Origin: a virus
DNA length: 64,000 bases
Virus record (IMG/VR): IMGVR_UViG_3300044912_000492
Span: 11,524 to 75,523 of that record
Direction: 5' to 3' (one strand)
Below, piece after piece: positions 27,007 through 36,572 of the stretch. The translations under genes and the position numbers were made by a program. Numbering within the stretch: the first letter of the stretch is position 1; each line of letters opens with the position of its first letter. The notes beneath the pieces were generated by a model. The model worked only from the letters and a program-made list of their open reading frames with translations, did no database searches and was not told where the DNA came from.

Positions 27007-27516
27007 TTAAAAAATCTCGTTGTAATCTTTACCTAGTGGCAATGTTGCCAGAATCTTGTTAAACGATCGCACAATGCAAAGCTCTCGGATTGGTGCTGGT
27101 ACATCCTGAATGAAATGACGATATTCTGGTGTGTCTTCTTTGTGCAAATGTCGATTGAGTGCGATCGCTTCTACCCATCTATCAATCAACTCATCAGATA
27201 CCAGAGCGCAATCATCCATCCAATACCATTGTCCTGTACGAGTATCCGCGTCCCATTCATGCCATAGCCTAGCTTTGCCTGTTTCCTTGTCTCTAGTGCG
27301 ATGTTGCACCGTAAAAACATCATAGTTATAGGCGACTACTTGACCAATTTCGGGCGGCATAGCGATCGCCATTGCGGGAAAGTTTTCCTTCCAAGGTTCG
27401 CACTCAATAACGGGAAAAATAGCACCCTTTTCTGTACGGTATTTAGTCTTCTTTTCGTTCTGTTTGACACTCAAAAATAGCGTGTTACTTGGCTTGTGAA
27501 TTAGTGTTTCTGGCAT
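27007..27516 (-). CDS. hypothetical protein (169 aa)
   Basis: Coupled to the helicase gene. Confidence 0.5.
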   Translation of the reverse strand: MPETLIHKPSNTLFLSVKQNEKKTKYRTEKGAIFPVIECEPWKENFPAMAIAMPPEIGQVVAYNYDVFTVQHRTRDKETGKARLWHEWDADTRTGQWYWMDDCALVSDELIDRWVEAIALNRHLHKEDTPEYRHFIQDVPAPIRELCIVRSFNKILATLPLGKDYNEIF

Positions 27517-29882
27517 TACATATCATCCCATTGTTCATCTTCTTCGGTGTCTTGTGGAATTGGAGCTACTGGTAATTGTTGAGGCGGTACATAATCCGCT
27601 TTTTGTTGATCTAGAATTGACACAAAAGCGTTACCTATGCGACTTCTAGCGCCATCAAATACAGGTTTAACTATCCATCCTGCTTCATAATCGCGATTCT
27701 TTTCGCACCCAATCTCAATCAATCCCCTATCGTTAGATTGTGGATTGTACCGATCATCACGGTAGAGATACAAACCAATATCGACAATTTGGCGCGTCAT
27801 ACTAGTTTCTTTACTGTCAGCAAGTTTTGGGCGTTTGTCTTGCCTTGATTCAACAGCCCCTGTTGGTTGCAAAAGTAGAAACATGGTGATCTTAAGTTCC
27901 TTGCGTAGGTTATCCAATGTGACTAAGCAATGGTCAAGATCACGGCGCGGATCGTTAGTTCTTTTTAACGGGGAAAGTAACTGTAAGTAATCGATAAATA
28001 CAGCCCCTATCGTGCCATTTTGAGTAACAAATGATTTAATTTCATTACAAATATCTTCAACGACAGGACTAGAATCATAGACATAGATCCGACCTCCTTC
28101 ATAAGCTTGTACCACTGCTTCAAAAGTGTTTTTATCTTGTGGTACAAAGAAAGTATTTTGCTTAATCATGCGATTGGTAAAACCTGTTTCCATCTGAGCA
28201 AACTTAGTGGCGGCGCGACTTTTACCAACTTCAAGAGAGCAAATTAAAACAGTTTCCTTGAGAAATACTGCAATGTGTTGAGCGATGTAAAAAGCTGTTG
28301 TGGTTTTCCCATGACTAGAGACAGCGATTATCCCTACCATTGATCCGCGCTCCATTTCTAGCTTTTCATCTACTTCTGGAATACCAGTGCTTAAGTATTT
28401 CTGCTCTAATGTTTCACGCTCTGATTTCTCTTGCTCAACTCTATCAATCTGCTTTCTAAGGATTTCACCAGCATTAACAAAACCTTCAGACAATGAGTTT
28501 TTATTAGCAAACTCAGCTAATTTCTTCTGAGACTCAGCGATAGCCGCCTTAACGTCGCCACTTTCTGCATAAAGCTTAGCTACATCATTACCAAGTTTTT
28601 CACCTAATTTCAAGGTATAGCGATCGCTGATGATTTGCGCTTGGTATGCGATATCAATGTCACCAAATTGGTTAGCCCGATCCTTGAGTGAGACTAAGTA
28701 TTTTTGACTGATCTTGTCGCCTAACCCCTTATCTGTAAGGATTTTATGCACACTTAACACATCGATCGGTTGATTCTTTTGGTTAAGCTCATACAAAGCT
28801 ACGCAAATTTCGCGGCTTAAAGGGTCTTGAAAAGCGTCAGGGGATGCAATGATACCTGTGATAGTAGTAACGTGTCTTGGCGCTAGCAAAACTGAGCCAA
28901 TGATAAAACTTTCAGCGTCAATATCTTCTGTAGGATCGCTAGCAAGATCTAAAAGTCCACTACCTCGGAAAAAATCTAGCCAATCACTAGGCGATCGCAA
29001 TTGGTATTTATCAAAAGCATCAGTCCCAAATGTTTCATCGCAATCACCCTTAGTTTTATCTTGCCACTGTCCCCAGTCAGCAAATAGCACTGTAGGCACG
29101 TTTACCGCTAAGCGCTTGTAAGCTGTCAGGATATTTAGCTTTTTCTCATCCTGTGTATTAGCATCGCAAAGCAATGTATGGGCGATCGCTTTTGGGTATT
29201 TCTGGAAGATGCGATTTAGTCCATTCTTGCCAAATATGCCAGCAGCAGCACCAATTAAAACCACATTGTCGTTAGTTTTCCACTCAAAAAACGCTCTCAC
29301 AAGCGACTTTAAAGCGCCTTCTGTGTACTTAATCTCGTAGGGTTTAGAGCTATCAAAACGTGGTGACACCCATAGGAACAAAGGATTTTCACCTGTTTCT
29401 TTAAGTTTGTTGTCTCCCGAAAATACGCCCCATGTATACTTTGCAGTTGAGCGATCATCATTGGCTTTCTGTGCGCCGCAAAACATGCCTGTGATTGGGT
29501 CAATCGCAGATATCCCGTAGCCATTATCAAGGGCAAATAACCATAGTTTGCTAATGGCATAGGCTATCTGCTTATCGGTTAGACCTCGTTCTAGCAAATT
29601 GGCAATTTGGCGATCGCTTAACTTTGATTCACAGGATCGGATCTTTGCGTCGCGTTGTTGGATGCTCAGTACTGGGATTCTTTCACCACGATTCTGAGTA
29701 CCATCTTGAATAGGGGCATACATTGCAAAGCCAAGAGCATCGTCTTTGATTTTTTTGTATCCTAGGGGCGCTTCATTGTGCGATCGGCAATGAATTCGAT
29801 CGCCATTTTGCCTACAGCTTTTATGCTCACCATGACACACAGGGCAATCGCTATTTTTGAAAAGTTCAAACTCAGATTTCAT
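27516..29882 (-). CDS. DnaB-type replicative helicase with N-terminal Zn-finger/primase-like domain
   Basis: 'CPVCHGEHKSCRQNGDRIHCRSH'; DnaB N-domain-like 'AESFIIGSVLLAPRHV...PIDVLSVHKILTDKG'; Walker A 'SSHGKTT'; 'VFIDYLQLL'. Confidence 0.8.
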   Translation of the reverse strand: MKSEFELFKNSDCPVCHGEHKSCRQNGDRIHCRSHNEAPLGYKKIKDDALGFAMYAPIQDGTQNRGERIPVLSIQQRDAKIRSCESKLSDRQIANLLERGLTDKQIAYAISKLWLFALDNGYGISAIDPITGMFCGAQKANDDRSTAKYTWGVFSGDNKLKETGENPLFLWVSPRFDSSKPYEIKYTEGALKSLVRAFFEWKTNDNVVLIGAAAGIFGKNGLNRIFQKYPKAIAHTLLCDANTQDEKKLNILTAYKRLAVNVPTVLFADWGQWQDKTKGDCDETFGTDAFDKYQLRSPSDWLDFFRGSGLLDLASDPTEDIDAESFIIGSVLLAPRHVTTITGIIASPDAFQDPLSREICVALYELNQKNQPIDVLSVHKILTDKGLGDKISQKYLVSLKDRANQFGDIDIAYQAQIISDRYTLKLGEKLGNDVAKLYAESGDVKAAIAESQKKLAEFANKNSLSEGFVNAGEILRKQIDRVEQEKSERETLEQKYLSTGIPEVDEKLEMERGSMVGIIAVSSHGKTTTAFYIAQHIAVFLKETVLICSLEVGKSRAATKFAQMETGFTNRMIKQNTFFVPQDKNTFEAVVQAYEGGRIYVYDSSPVVEDICNEIKSFVTQNGTIGAVFIDYLQLLSPLKRTNDPRRDLDHCLVTLDNLRKELKITMFLLLQPTGAVESRQDKRPKLADSKETSMTRQIVDIGLYLYRDDRYNPQSNDRGLIEIGCEKNRDYEAGWIVKPVFDGARSRIGNAFVSILDQQKADYVPPQQLPVAPIPQDTEEDEQWDDM

Positions 29883-30627
29883 TGTCAGTTCCCTCTAAGT
29901 TTTTGAGATACAAACGAGCGCGATCGTGTAGCCATTGCAAGTTAGGTCTTGCGTAATGTTCCCAATAGTTTGGGACATCGTTGTCAGCTTTTGCGTGAAT
30001 GCCATCAACTAGCCTTAAGTTTTTGGCGGCGTAGTTGTCTAGGTAAATCACAATCCAGTGATCTTTGACTTCTTTGGGGATGTCATCGGTAAAAGCTTCA
30101 TGAAGGTAAACTTTGCGCCATCTAGTCTCAATTTGTTGGGTTACCTTGTTTCGTTTTGTGCCAATCGGTAAAAAGCTCCACTCCCTTGTTTCTTCTACAG
30201 GTGCTAGTAAAGCAATCGGATCAGGTATCTCAAAATCTTCACGCTTTGCGCCTTTAGCATGGCGGCAATACGATTCAATAAAATCCTTACGAGCGATCGC
30301 TGGTTGTGTGCATTGGTTTTTGATGTACCACCATCCGCCGATCGCGTTTAGTGCTTTCAAGCCAACTACTGAAAACGGGGTGTCGATGTCTTGCCATTCG
30401 CGCTCGGCTCGTTCTTCGATTGTGCCAATAGCCAAGCCAATTAACTCATCAGGGGTAGGAAAGTATTTGCCAATCAATGCGATTGACACTGCATCAATAA
30501 ACTCCTTTTCGTTAATTTGAGATGAAATTTGCTTGTAATAGTTTTGGACTGCTTTATCTGGTAAGGACTTATCGAATGTTGCCATTAATTCAGTCATGTA
30601 CTCAATAAATACTGAAACTTCAATCAT
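29872..30627 (-). CDS. hypothetical replication protein; possible helicase loader (SPP1 G39P-like position)
   Basis: Lies between the initiator-like and helicase genes; N-terminal 'FIDAVSIALIGKYFPTPDELI' resembles the loader family. Confidence 0.3.
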   Translation of the reverse strand: MIEVSVFIEYMTELMATFDKSLPDKAVQNYYKQISSQINEKEFIDAVSIALIGKYFPTPDELIGLAIGTIEERAEREWQDIDTPFSVVGLKALNAIGGWWYIKNQCTQPAIARKDFIESYCRHAKGAKREDFEIPDPIALLAPVEETREWSFLPIGTKRNKVTQQIETRWRKVYLHEAFTDDIPKEVKDHWIVIYLDNYAAKNLRLVDGIHAKADNDVPNYWEHYARPNLQWLHDRARLYLKNLEGTDNEI

Positions 30628-31745
30628 GATGCTAATCCCATTGCTTGCTGTAGTCGGATGTAGGTTTGCGCTTTTTTAACCTCGGTACTAGACATCAGGA
30701 CATCGCCTTGTGCCGATTCTTTTTTGGGTGATTGCTCGTATTTCTCAAAGTTTTGATACGGCTTATCATTGCTGAGATATTGCTCTAAGCTCCAACGCTT
30801 CAAAACTTTTTTGTGAAACGGATCGCTTTGCGCGTACCAAAGGCTTTTCTGAAAAATCTCCATAGCGCGATCGCCATGTGTTGCAGTAAACGTCTCCAGT
30901 TTTGAGATGGCAGTCTTTGATAGCGACTCATGGTTTACCCAGTCTTCAACCTTGTCTTGTACCCACACATCAAGAAATGGCTGATACTTACCTCGCTTCG
31001 CTTCAAAGCTTGGCTTTTTGGCTTTAGCGCCAGTCGCGAAACTTTCGGGCGGCAAAAGGGAAAGGGGGGTAGGGGGGATTGGGTTTTCTTTTTGATCTGC
31101 CATGCAATCAATCAAAACTTGCTTTGCTGGTAAATCTGAATTAGAAATTAATACAGCCTCAGAAGCAAATAAATCACGCGGATGCGTTTCTTTATTGATC
31201 TCCTTATTAGTTTTTTTATTAATTTCTTTTATATTGATCATTTCGACTTGAGGTCGATCTCTCATTTCGACTTGAGGTCGATCTCTCATTTCGACTTGAG
31301 GTCGATCTCTCATTTCGACTTGAGGTCGATCTCTCATTTCGACTTGAGGTCGATCTCTAAGTTGCTCCACGTCGCCTTTAATCGTGCTTTTTAAGGGGCG
31401 CTCAAATTTGCTTAAACCCTCATAATTGACTCGATACCATTTAGTTTGATCGCGCCTGTTAGAGTCTGGTTGGCAAGAAACGATAATATTTTGTGTCTCA
31501 AGTCTGGCAAACATTCTAGAAATACCGTCTACAGTCATCCACTGAAGCTTGTCTTGCCATTGCTTTAATGAGTATTTACACCATAAAAATCCTTGGTAGA
31601 GTGTGCGATCATCAGAATGCTCTTCCTTGATTTCAACAAACCAGTGGATTTGTTGGACTGCGATAGATCCGTTAATACCTATCAATTTCGCAAGACTTGG
31701 TAAAACCATTAAAGGTTTTTCATTCAGTAAAAGATGTGTACTCAT
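30624..31745 (-). CDS. replication initiator / replisome-organizer-like protein containing a 5 x 8-aa repeat
   Basis: N-terminal winged-helix-like region; internal (RDRPQVEM)x5 encoded by 24-bp iterons; position upstream of loader and helicase. Confidence 0.5.
   Translation of the reverse strand: MSTHLLLNEKPLMVLPSLAKLIGINGSIAVQQIHWFVEIKEEHSDDRTLYQGFLWCKYSLKQWQDKLQWMTVDGISRMFARLETQNIIVSCQPDSNRRDQTKWYRVNYEGLSKFERPLKSTIKGDVEQLRDRPQVEMRDRPQVEMRDRPQVEMRDRPQVEMRDRPQVEMINIKEINKKTNKEINKETHPRDLFASEAVLISNSDLPAKQVLIDCMADQKENPIPPTPLSLLPPESFATGAKAKKPSFEAKRGKYQPFLDVWVQDKVEDWVNHESLSKTAISKLETFTATHGDRAMEIFQKSLWYAQSDPFHKKVLKRWSLEQYLSNDKPYQNFEKYEQSPKKESAQGDVLMSSTEVKKAQTYIRLQQAMGLAS
31239..31358. repeat. five perfect tandem 24-bp direct repeats (catttcgacttgaggtcgatctct); candidate origin iterons
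   Basis: Units at 31239, 31263, 31287, 31311 and 31335; each contains GATC; an AT-rich tract lies immediately adjacent at 31180-31238. Confidence 0.9.
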
Positions 31746-31960
31746 TAATGACTCTCCCTATTAAAAGCGCTGATTCCAAAACGTTGTTCATGTATAGCAG
31801 TATTGTGATGCTTAATAGATTCGTTACTGTTTGTCCTACAGTAGTCGGTCAGATCGGAAATTATTTGACTAACTTCCTTGTGGGTTAAAAGCCATCCGCC
31901 GTAATCACGCAAAATACGTTGTGTTTCAATAGGGTATTTTTCAACGCTAATAATTGCCAT
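31745..31960 (-). CDS. hypothetical protein (71 aa)
   Basis: Coupled upstream of the initiator gene. Confidence 0.45.
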   Translation of the reverse strand: MAIISVEKYPIETQRILRDYGGWLLTHKEVSQIISDLTDYCRTNSNESIKHHNTAIHEQRFGISAFNRESH

Positions 31961-32118
31961 TATTTCACTCCCGCCTCAGAGATAACTTTCTCAAGAGCCT
32001 CAACACAGACATCAACCATTTTGCGATCAAGGGTTGCACAAGCAATCTTTGCGTCACGGTGCAACTTGCGAGGTATACGCGCTTTAAATTGCGCCCATTC
32101 AATTTCTTGGTTTTCCAT
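31960..32118 (-). CDS. ribbon-helix-helix protein (52 aa)
   Basis: Hand-translated 'MENQEIEWAQFKARIPRKLHRDAKIACATLDRKMVDVCVEALEKVISEAGVK'; TAATG overlap with the downstream gene. Confidence 0.5.
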   Translation of the reverse strand: MENQEIEWAQFKARIPRKLHRDAKIACATLDRKMVDVCVEALEKVISEAGVK

Positions 32119-32233
32119 AAATCACCTTGCATTACTCAATAAGTATAGTATTTTTGTACCAAATTAAATCACTTTATTTCTAATGAAAAGCCCAAAATAC
32201 ATAAGCAAAACTTTATGTATTTTGGGCGATCGC

Positions 32234-33811
32234 TTAACTCATGAATTTGCAATGCAAAAACAATCCTTCAGAAGCTCGTGAACTTGCCACATAAAGCAGT
32301 TGATTTCGTACCGTGACATCTTGGCAGCCAAAGATATTTGATTCGTCACTAAACACTTGGTTAAATGTAGACCCTTGCGACTGATGCACGGTCAATGCAA
32401 AGGCATACTGTAGCTGTCTCATAAAGCTATTGCCTTTAGCCGTAAAGCCAATCCAGTGCATTTGTTGGTAAAATCGCGCCCACTCAACTTTGCGGATTTT
32501 GCGCTGAGCATCGGTTTGATTTGGTAAAGCAATGATATTTTTTTTCCACTTGCCAAAATATTCCTTGATATGCTCTTTTTCTGAATCATCCGCTATGTTA
32601 ACGATCGCCACATCGCCTAAATCAGTTTCGATCTCAAGCTCCCAAAGTTTCCAGTAATCACCGTTAAGCATTACCTCACGAAAGTTTGCATCTCTTACCG
32701 TGCATTCAGCGCTAGAGTACATCAAAATTGAAGTACTTCCAGTCGCCCATTTTTCATCGTCTTCGCGTTTGTACGGTGAATCAGGCGCTTCGTAATCAGG
32801 ATTAAGTTTTGATTGGCAAGTGTCAAAATCCCATTCAACCAAATCCTTAGCAACTAATCTTTCACCAACTTGGTAAGGTTCAGAATTAGCTCCGTAAATC
32901 GCCTCACGAATCATTAAGTTAAGCGATTGGACACGGTTATTAGTCCACGCTAAAGCTCGGATTGCGTCAGGATTTTGACTGTCTCCATACTTAAAGCTGT
33001 TGATTAAATCACGATGCCACTCATTACTTGATAATCCTTCAAATTTACCTCTAGCAAATTGCTTGCGAGGTAAAGATTTTTGAGAGATGTTATTCCTGAT
33101 ATCAGTGCAGTAACTTAATACCGCGCCGCTATTTCGGACTACATCGGTTAAGGTCCAATACAAGGCGATGCTTGTGAATGTTGGGGATAAGTTTGTAAAT
33201 GGAGTTTCTTCGCCATTAGGCGCTTCATTTTCAACTGGCGGTAATTGGCAAGGATCACCAGTAAACAGAAATTTAGTATCAGTGCGCTGTGGAATAAATC
33301 CCATGAGTTGCGCGGTAATCATCGAGCATTCATCAACCACAATTAAATCGTATTTGTAGCTATTGTCGCTGCCATTAGATTGCAATACTTGACGACCATC
33401 ATGATTTCGCTCTATAGACAATCCTAAAAGCTTATGAATGGTCATGCAAGTGACTGAGATGTCTAAATCGTTGGACATCCGCTTCAGTACCTGTACCGCT
33501 TTGTGGGTAGGGGCTGTAAAGCAGACTTTTTTACGCTTTGACAGCAAATATTGGGCAACCCTTTGTAACGTGAATGTTTTACCAGTACCAGCAAACCCAA
33601 ATAGCCCTGCTAGTGACAAATAAATCGGGTTTTTAGCTTGATTTTCGTCTTCGCAAGCAGTCCCAGCCATTACCCATGACGTAATACCACTAAACGCTTT
33701 GCGTTGTTGCGCGTTCAATCCTTTGGTGTAAAGCTCAGCACTGAAATCAACAATATTTGTTTCAGGTAAAACAATGGATTGAGATGATTCTAGTAAGAAT
33801 GATTTACTCAC
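32234..33811 (-). CDS. SF1 DNA helicase (RecD/Dda-like)
   Basis: Walker A 'GFAGTGKTFT', Walker B 'LIVVDECSMI', motif 'ALTVHQSQGSTF'. Confidence 0.8.
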   Translation of the reverse strand: MSKSFLLESSQSIVLPETNIVDFSAELYTKGLNAQQRKAFSGITSWVMAGTACEDENQAKNPIYLSLAGLFGFAGTGKTFTLQRVAQYLLSKRKKVCFTAPTHKAVQVLKRMSNDLDISVTCMTIHKLLGLSIERNHDGRQVLQSNGSDNSYKYDLIVVDECSMITAQLMGFIPQRTDTKFLFTGDPCQLPPVENEAPNGEETPFTNLSPTFTSIALYWTLTDVVRNSGAVLSYCTDIRNNISQKSLPRKQFARGKFEGLSSNEWHRDLINSFKYGDSQNPDAIRALAWTNNRVQSLNLMIREAIYGANSEPYQVGERLVAKDLVEWDFDTCQSKLNPDYEAPDSPYKREDDEKWATGSTSILMYSSAECTVRDANFREVMLNGDYWKLWELEIETDLGDVAIVNIADDSEKEHIKEYFGKWKKNIIALPNQTDAQRKIRKVEWARFYQQMHWIGFTAKGNSFMRQLQYAFALTVHQSQGSTFNQVFSDESNIFGCQDVTVRNQLLYVASSRASEGLFLHCKFMS

Positions 33812-34281
33812 GCCGCTACCTCATCAGACTTAGCGATCGCCATATCTTGCAAGCCGTCTAAAACCAGTTCTTCCAACACATCACAAGGTTTGCAACCACG
33901 TTCAACAGCCCAATGAAATAAGCGCTTTTTAACTTCTGGTGACATCATGATTGTCATCTGTTTCCTTTTATCACCATTGTCAGGAACAGGAGAACGATTT
34001 AATAATGGCTTAAACCATTCAATAAAAGTATTTTCCGTGCTTGCCAGTAAATCACAATCTAATGACAAATAGGCGATACGAATGCCTTCAATAGATGCAA
34101 ATTGGTTAAACCTATTATGGTTAACCCATCTTTGCCTTATGTTAGCTGACTGCCCTATATATTGAATGACCCCAAGGGAATCAATCACAAAATAAATGGC
34201 GGAGCGACTAGGCAAATATGCCTTCATGTTTAATGCCACACTTGGCAAGGATGATAGATCTAATGTTTCTGGATTAATCAT
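33808..34281 (-). CDS. GIY-YIG domain protein with RHH-like C-terminus, paralog A
   Basis: 'SAIYFVIDSLGVIQYIGQSANIRQRWVNH'; C-terminal 'MTIMMSPEVKKRLFHWAVERG'. Confidence 0.6.
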   Translation of the reverse strand: MINPETLDLSSLPSVALNMKAYLPSRSAIYFVIDSLGVIQYIGQSANIRQRWVNHNRFNQFASIEGIRIAYLSLDCDLLASTENTFIEWFKPLLNRSPVPDNGDKRKQMTIMMSPEVKKRLFHWAVERGCKPCDVLEELVLDGLQDMAIAKSDEVAA

Positions 34282-34739
34282 GCTGCTACTCCATCATTGG
34301 ATTTAGCAATTGCTGCTTCTCTCTTCAAAGCACGAGTAACAAAAGCCTTGAGAGTACGATCTTCCTGTTTAGCAAGATCTTTAAGTGTTTGCATTAGCTC
34401 AGCATCTATCTCAATAATTAGCTGAACTATACCCGTCTTTTCTAACGCAGAGCGGTTTAAAGGAGGATTGAAATACTTGATTAATGCAAATTCAACTTCT
34501 CTTAGCAAGTCAGTATCTAAAGTCAAATAGGCAATCCTAACTCCTCCTAAAGCTTTAAGAGCTTTAGTCCTATGATGCCCTTGCCATCTTTGATTCACAT
34601 TTACAGATTGTCCAATATACTGAATAGTCCCTTGAGAATCAATCGCAAAGTAAATAGCTGACTGAGTAGGTAGATCAGATTTCGCTTCTAATGCCACGCT
34701 TGGCAGTGTGGATAAATCCAAAGTTTCTGGGTTAATCAT
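34278..34739 (-). CDS. GIY-YIG domain protein with RHH-like C-terminus, paralog B
   Basis: 'SAIYFAIDSQGTIQYIGQSVNVNQRWQGH'; start set at MINPETL (34739) by alignment with paralog A. Confidence 0.6.
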   Translation of the reverse strand: MINPETLDLSTLPSVALEAKSDLPTQSAIYFAIDSQGTIQYIGQSVNVNQRWQGHHRTKALKALGGVRIAYLTLDTDLLREVEFALIKYFNPPLNRSALEKTGIVQLIIEIDAELMQTLKDLAKQEDRTLKAFVTRALKREAAIAKSNDGVAA

Positions 34740-34881
34740 TTCTTCCCTCACGTTTTGCAATCGCTTCTAGTAGCAAGATATCTAATGTGTCCTGAATAGT
34801 TCGGCAATCGCTTGACGCTACCTTGTCTAACTCCTTTTTTGTGTCAACATGCATCCGAACCATAACTGTAGGTTTTGCCAT
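34732..34881 (-). CDS. ribbon-helix-helix protein (49 aa)
   Basis: Hand-translated 'MAKPTVMVRMHVDTKKELDKVASSDCRTIQDTLDILLLEAIAKREGRND'; overlaps the start of GIY-YIG paralog B. Confidence 0.5.
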   Translation of the reverse strand: MAKPTVMVRMHVDTKKELDKVASSDCRTIQDTLDILLLEAIAKREGRND

Positions 34882-34994
34882 AACGCTCCTTTAACTTGTG
34901 TATACCTATTGTATACTAACTCGCTGACAAACTAACACAAACTTTCTAATCCAAAACACAAAACACATAGACTCGCATCTATACATCCGCGCAC

Positions 34995-35025
34995 AAAAAA
35001 GCCGTCATTTTCAGGCGGCTTTTTT
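34995..35025. terminator. bidirectional terminator
   Basis: aaaaaagccg / cggctttttt stem with A-run and T-run; downstream of the secreted-protein gene. Confidence 0.5.
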
Positions 35026-35071
35026 GTGTCAATTCATGTCTAATTTTTTCTCAACTTAGGATTAGCATGGT

Positions 35072-35377
35072 TTACTTAACCTTTTTGAAACAGTCCCAAG
35101 CTCGATCCTCGTCTGGTACAGCAATGAGGTGAGTTCCGCCCCATGAGTGACATAAGCGCTTTGCATCGGTTTCGTACTGAGTTCTAATGGTGTCGCCTAG
35201 CTTCACCATATTGGGAGCTACATCTTGACGCTGTGACATCCTAGGAGCGCACATAGTACCGTTAGGGGTTTGAATCGGTGTGCATGGTTCAGAGATGATT
35301 GGAGGTGTAAGCACAGTGGCGGCGATCGCAGGTACGGGAATAGCAAGCAATGCGAAAGTGATGATTAGGTTTTTCAT
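35072..35377 (-). CDS. small secreted protein (signal peptide)
   Basis: 'MKNLIITFALLAIPVPAIAA' signal-like N-terminus; 4 Cys in the mature part. Confidence 0.55.
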   Translation of the reverse strand: MKNLIITFALLAIPVPAIAATVLTPPIISEPCTPIQTPNGTMCAPRMSQRQDVAPNMVKLGDTIRTQYETDAKRLCHSWGGTHLIAVPDEDRAWDCFKKVK

Positions 35378-35439
35378 GATTTAATTAGTTAGTGAATGCA
35401 GTTGTTCAGCGATCGCTTGTCAGGGGCGATCGCTGATTT

Positions 35440-35628
35440 TTATTTGAGTTGATTGGCAACTACAGCAAGAGCAAGATTAATTAGATCGTCTCGCGATTCG
35501 TAGCCTAACTCTTGCCATCTATTTAGGAGTGGTAGATTCGCTAGCGTTGCCTTGAATCGAAAAACAGTTTTCACTTTACCTGTGTTTGGTCTAGCGCCGC
35601 CACGTCCGATTCCTTTGGATTTAGTCAT
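35440..35628 (-). CDS. small basic DNA-binding-like protein (62 aa)
   Basis: 'GIGRGGARPNTGK' basic N-terminus, as in the 6040 gene. Confidence 0.4.
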   Translation of the reverse strand: MTKSKGIGRGGARPNTGKVKTVFRFKATLANLPLLNRWQELGYESRDDLINLALAVVANQLK

Positions 35629-36197
35629 TTTGCCCTCGCTAGTTTTCTGCTTACAAGTTCGTGAGCTTCATTCAGCACTGCATTTATATCCTTACGATAA
35701 GCCCTAGCATCACATTGTTTTTGCTCTACATGAGTGCGAACACGGTCTAAATGCTTGCGTACAGTAGGATTGCTTACTCCAATAATTTCAGCAGTTTTTG
35801 CAACGCTAAAACCCATGCTGTAAACTTCTTGGCATAAAAGTTTAGTCTTTTGCGCCTTGATTGCATTGCCTTCACGATCACGGTTTTTAATACCAAATTT
35901 ATCGAGAATCTCACAAACAGCAGGGACACTAATATTTACTTGATTAGCAATCTTTTGAATAGTCAATCCTGCGTTCCATAGGCTTTTAATTAGCCTGTTA
36001 CGGGCTTCTCTTTCGTGGGCATACATTAAGCGCCCTCCACCTTGAGATTTGCCACCAGGGGATCGGCGCTTAATACCCGATTCTCTAATAATCTTTCCGA
36101 TTGCTGTATGGCTACATCCAAGCTTGTCGCTTATTTGTTGATAGCTCATGTTCCGATCGCGATAAAAACCGATGATCTGTTCTTGATCTAAATTCAT
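35625..36197 (-). CDS. DNA-binding protein with three HTH repeats
   Basis: 'YQQISDKLGCSHTAIGKIIRESGI', 'TIQKIANQVNISVPAVCEILDKFGI', 'SVAKTAEIIGVSNPTVRKHLDRV'. Confidence 0.65.
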   Translation of the reverse strand: MNLDQEQIIGFYRDRNMSYQQISDKLGCSHTAIGKIIRESGIKRRSPGGKSQGGGRLMYAHEREARNRLIKSLWNAGLTIQKIANQVNISVPAVCEILDKFGIKNRDREGNAIKAQKTKLLCQEVYSMGFSVAKTAEIIGVSNPTVRKHLDRVRTHVEQKQCDARAYRKDINAVLNEAHELVSRKLARAK

Positions 36198-36200
36198 GTT

Positions 36201-36560
36201 TTACTCTTCTACCTCTTGCGGATAATCAATGATTTCATCCTCGATTTTGTAGCCAGTTAAAATGTTTGCATCGCTATAAGCATCAATGGTTATAGCTTTT
36301 ACTTCTATTGCAGATCGGCGATCGTGTGTTGTGTTGAGATAGTATTGCAAATCAACTTTTTCAGGGAGTAAATCGCAATGATTTAAGACAAATTCTTTGG
36401 AATATGTTGAGCGCTTTTTGGAATCCTTTAAGGAACAAAAAACAATCCAATCATCTAAAATGCCTACAATTTCTTCTAATGCAGAAGAAGGAAATTGTAG
36501 TATATCTCCAGACCTCAGATTTGATTTGATTGCCATAGAAAGCGGGTAGCGAACCCGCAA
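36201..36560 (-). CDS. hypothetical protein (119 aa)
   Basis: ORF only. Confidence 0.45.
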   Translation of the reverse strand: MRVRYPLSMAIKSNLRSGDILQFPSSALEEIVGILDDWIVFCSLKDSKKRSTYSKEFVLNHCDLLPEKVDLQYYLNTTHDRRSAIEVKAITIDAYSDANILTGYKIEDEIIDYPQEVEE

Positions 36561-36572
36561 AACGTTAATTAA

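Noticed and set aside
31239-31358. The five 24-bp direct repeats as a possible CRISPR array for the array-less Cas-like module
   Set aside because: The repeats are contiguous with no spacers. They lie in-frame inside a coding gene (RDRPQVEM x5) 22 kb from the Cas-like genes, and fit origin iterons much better.
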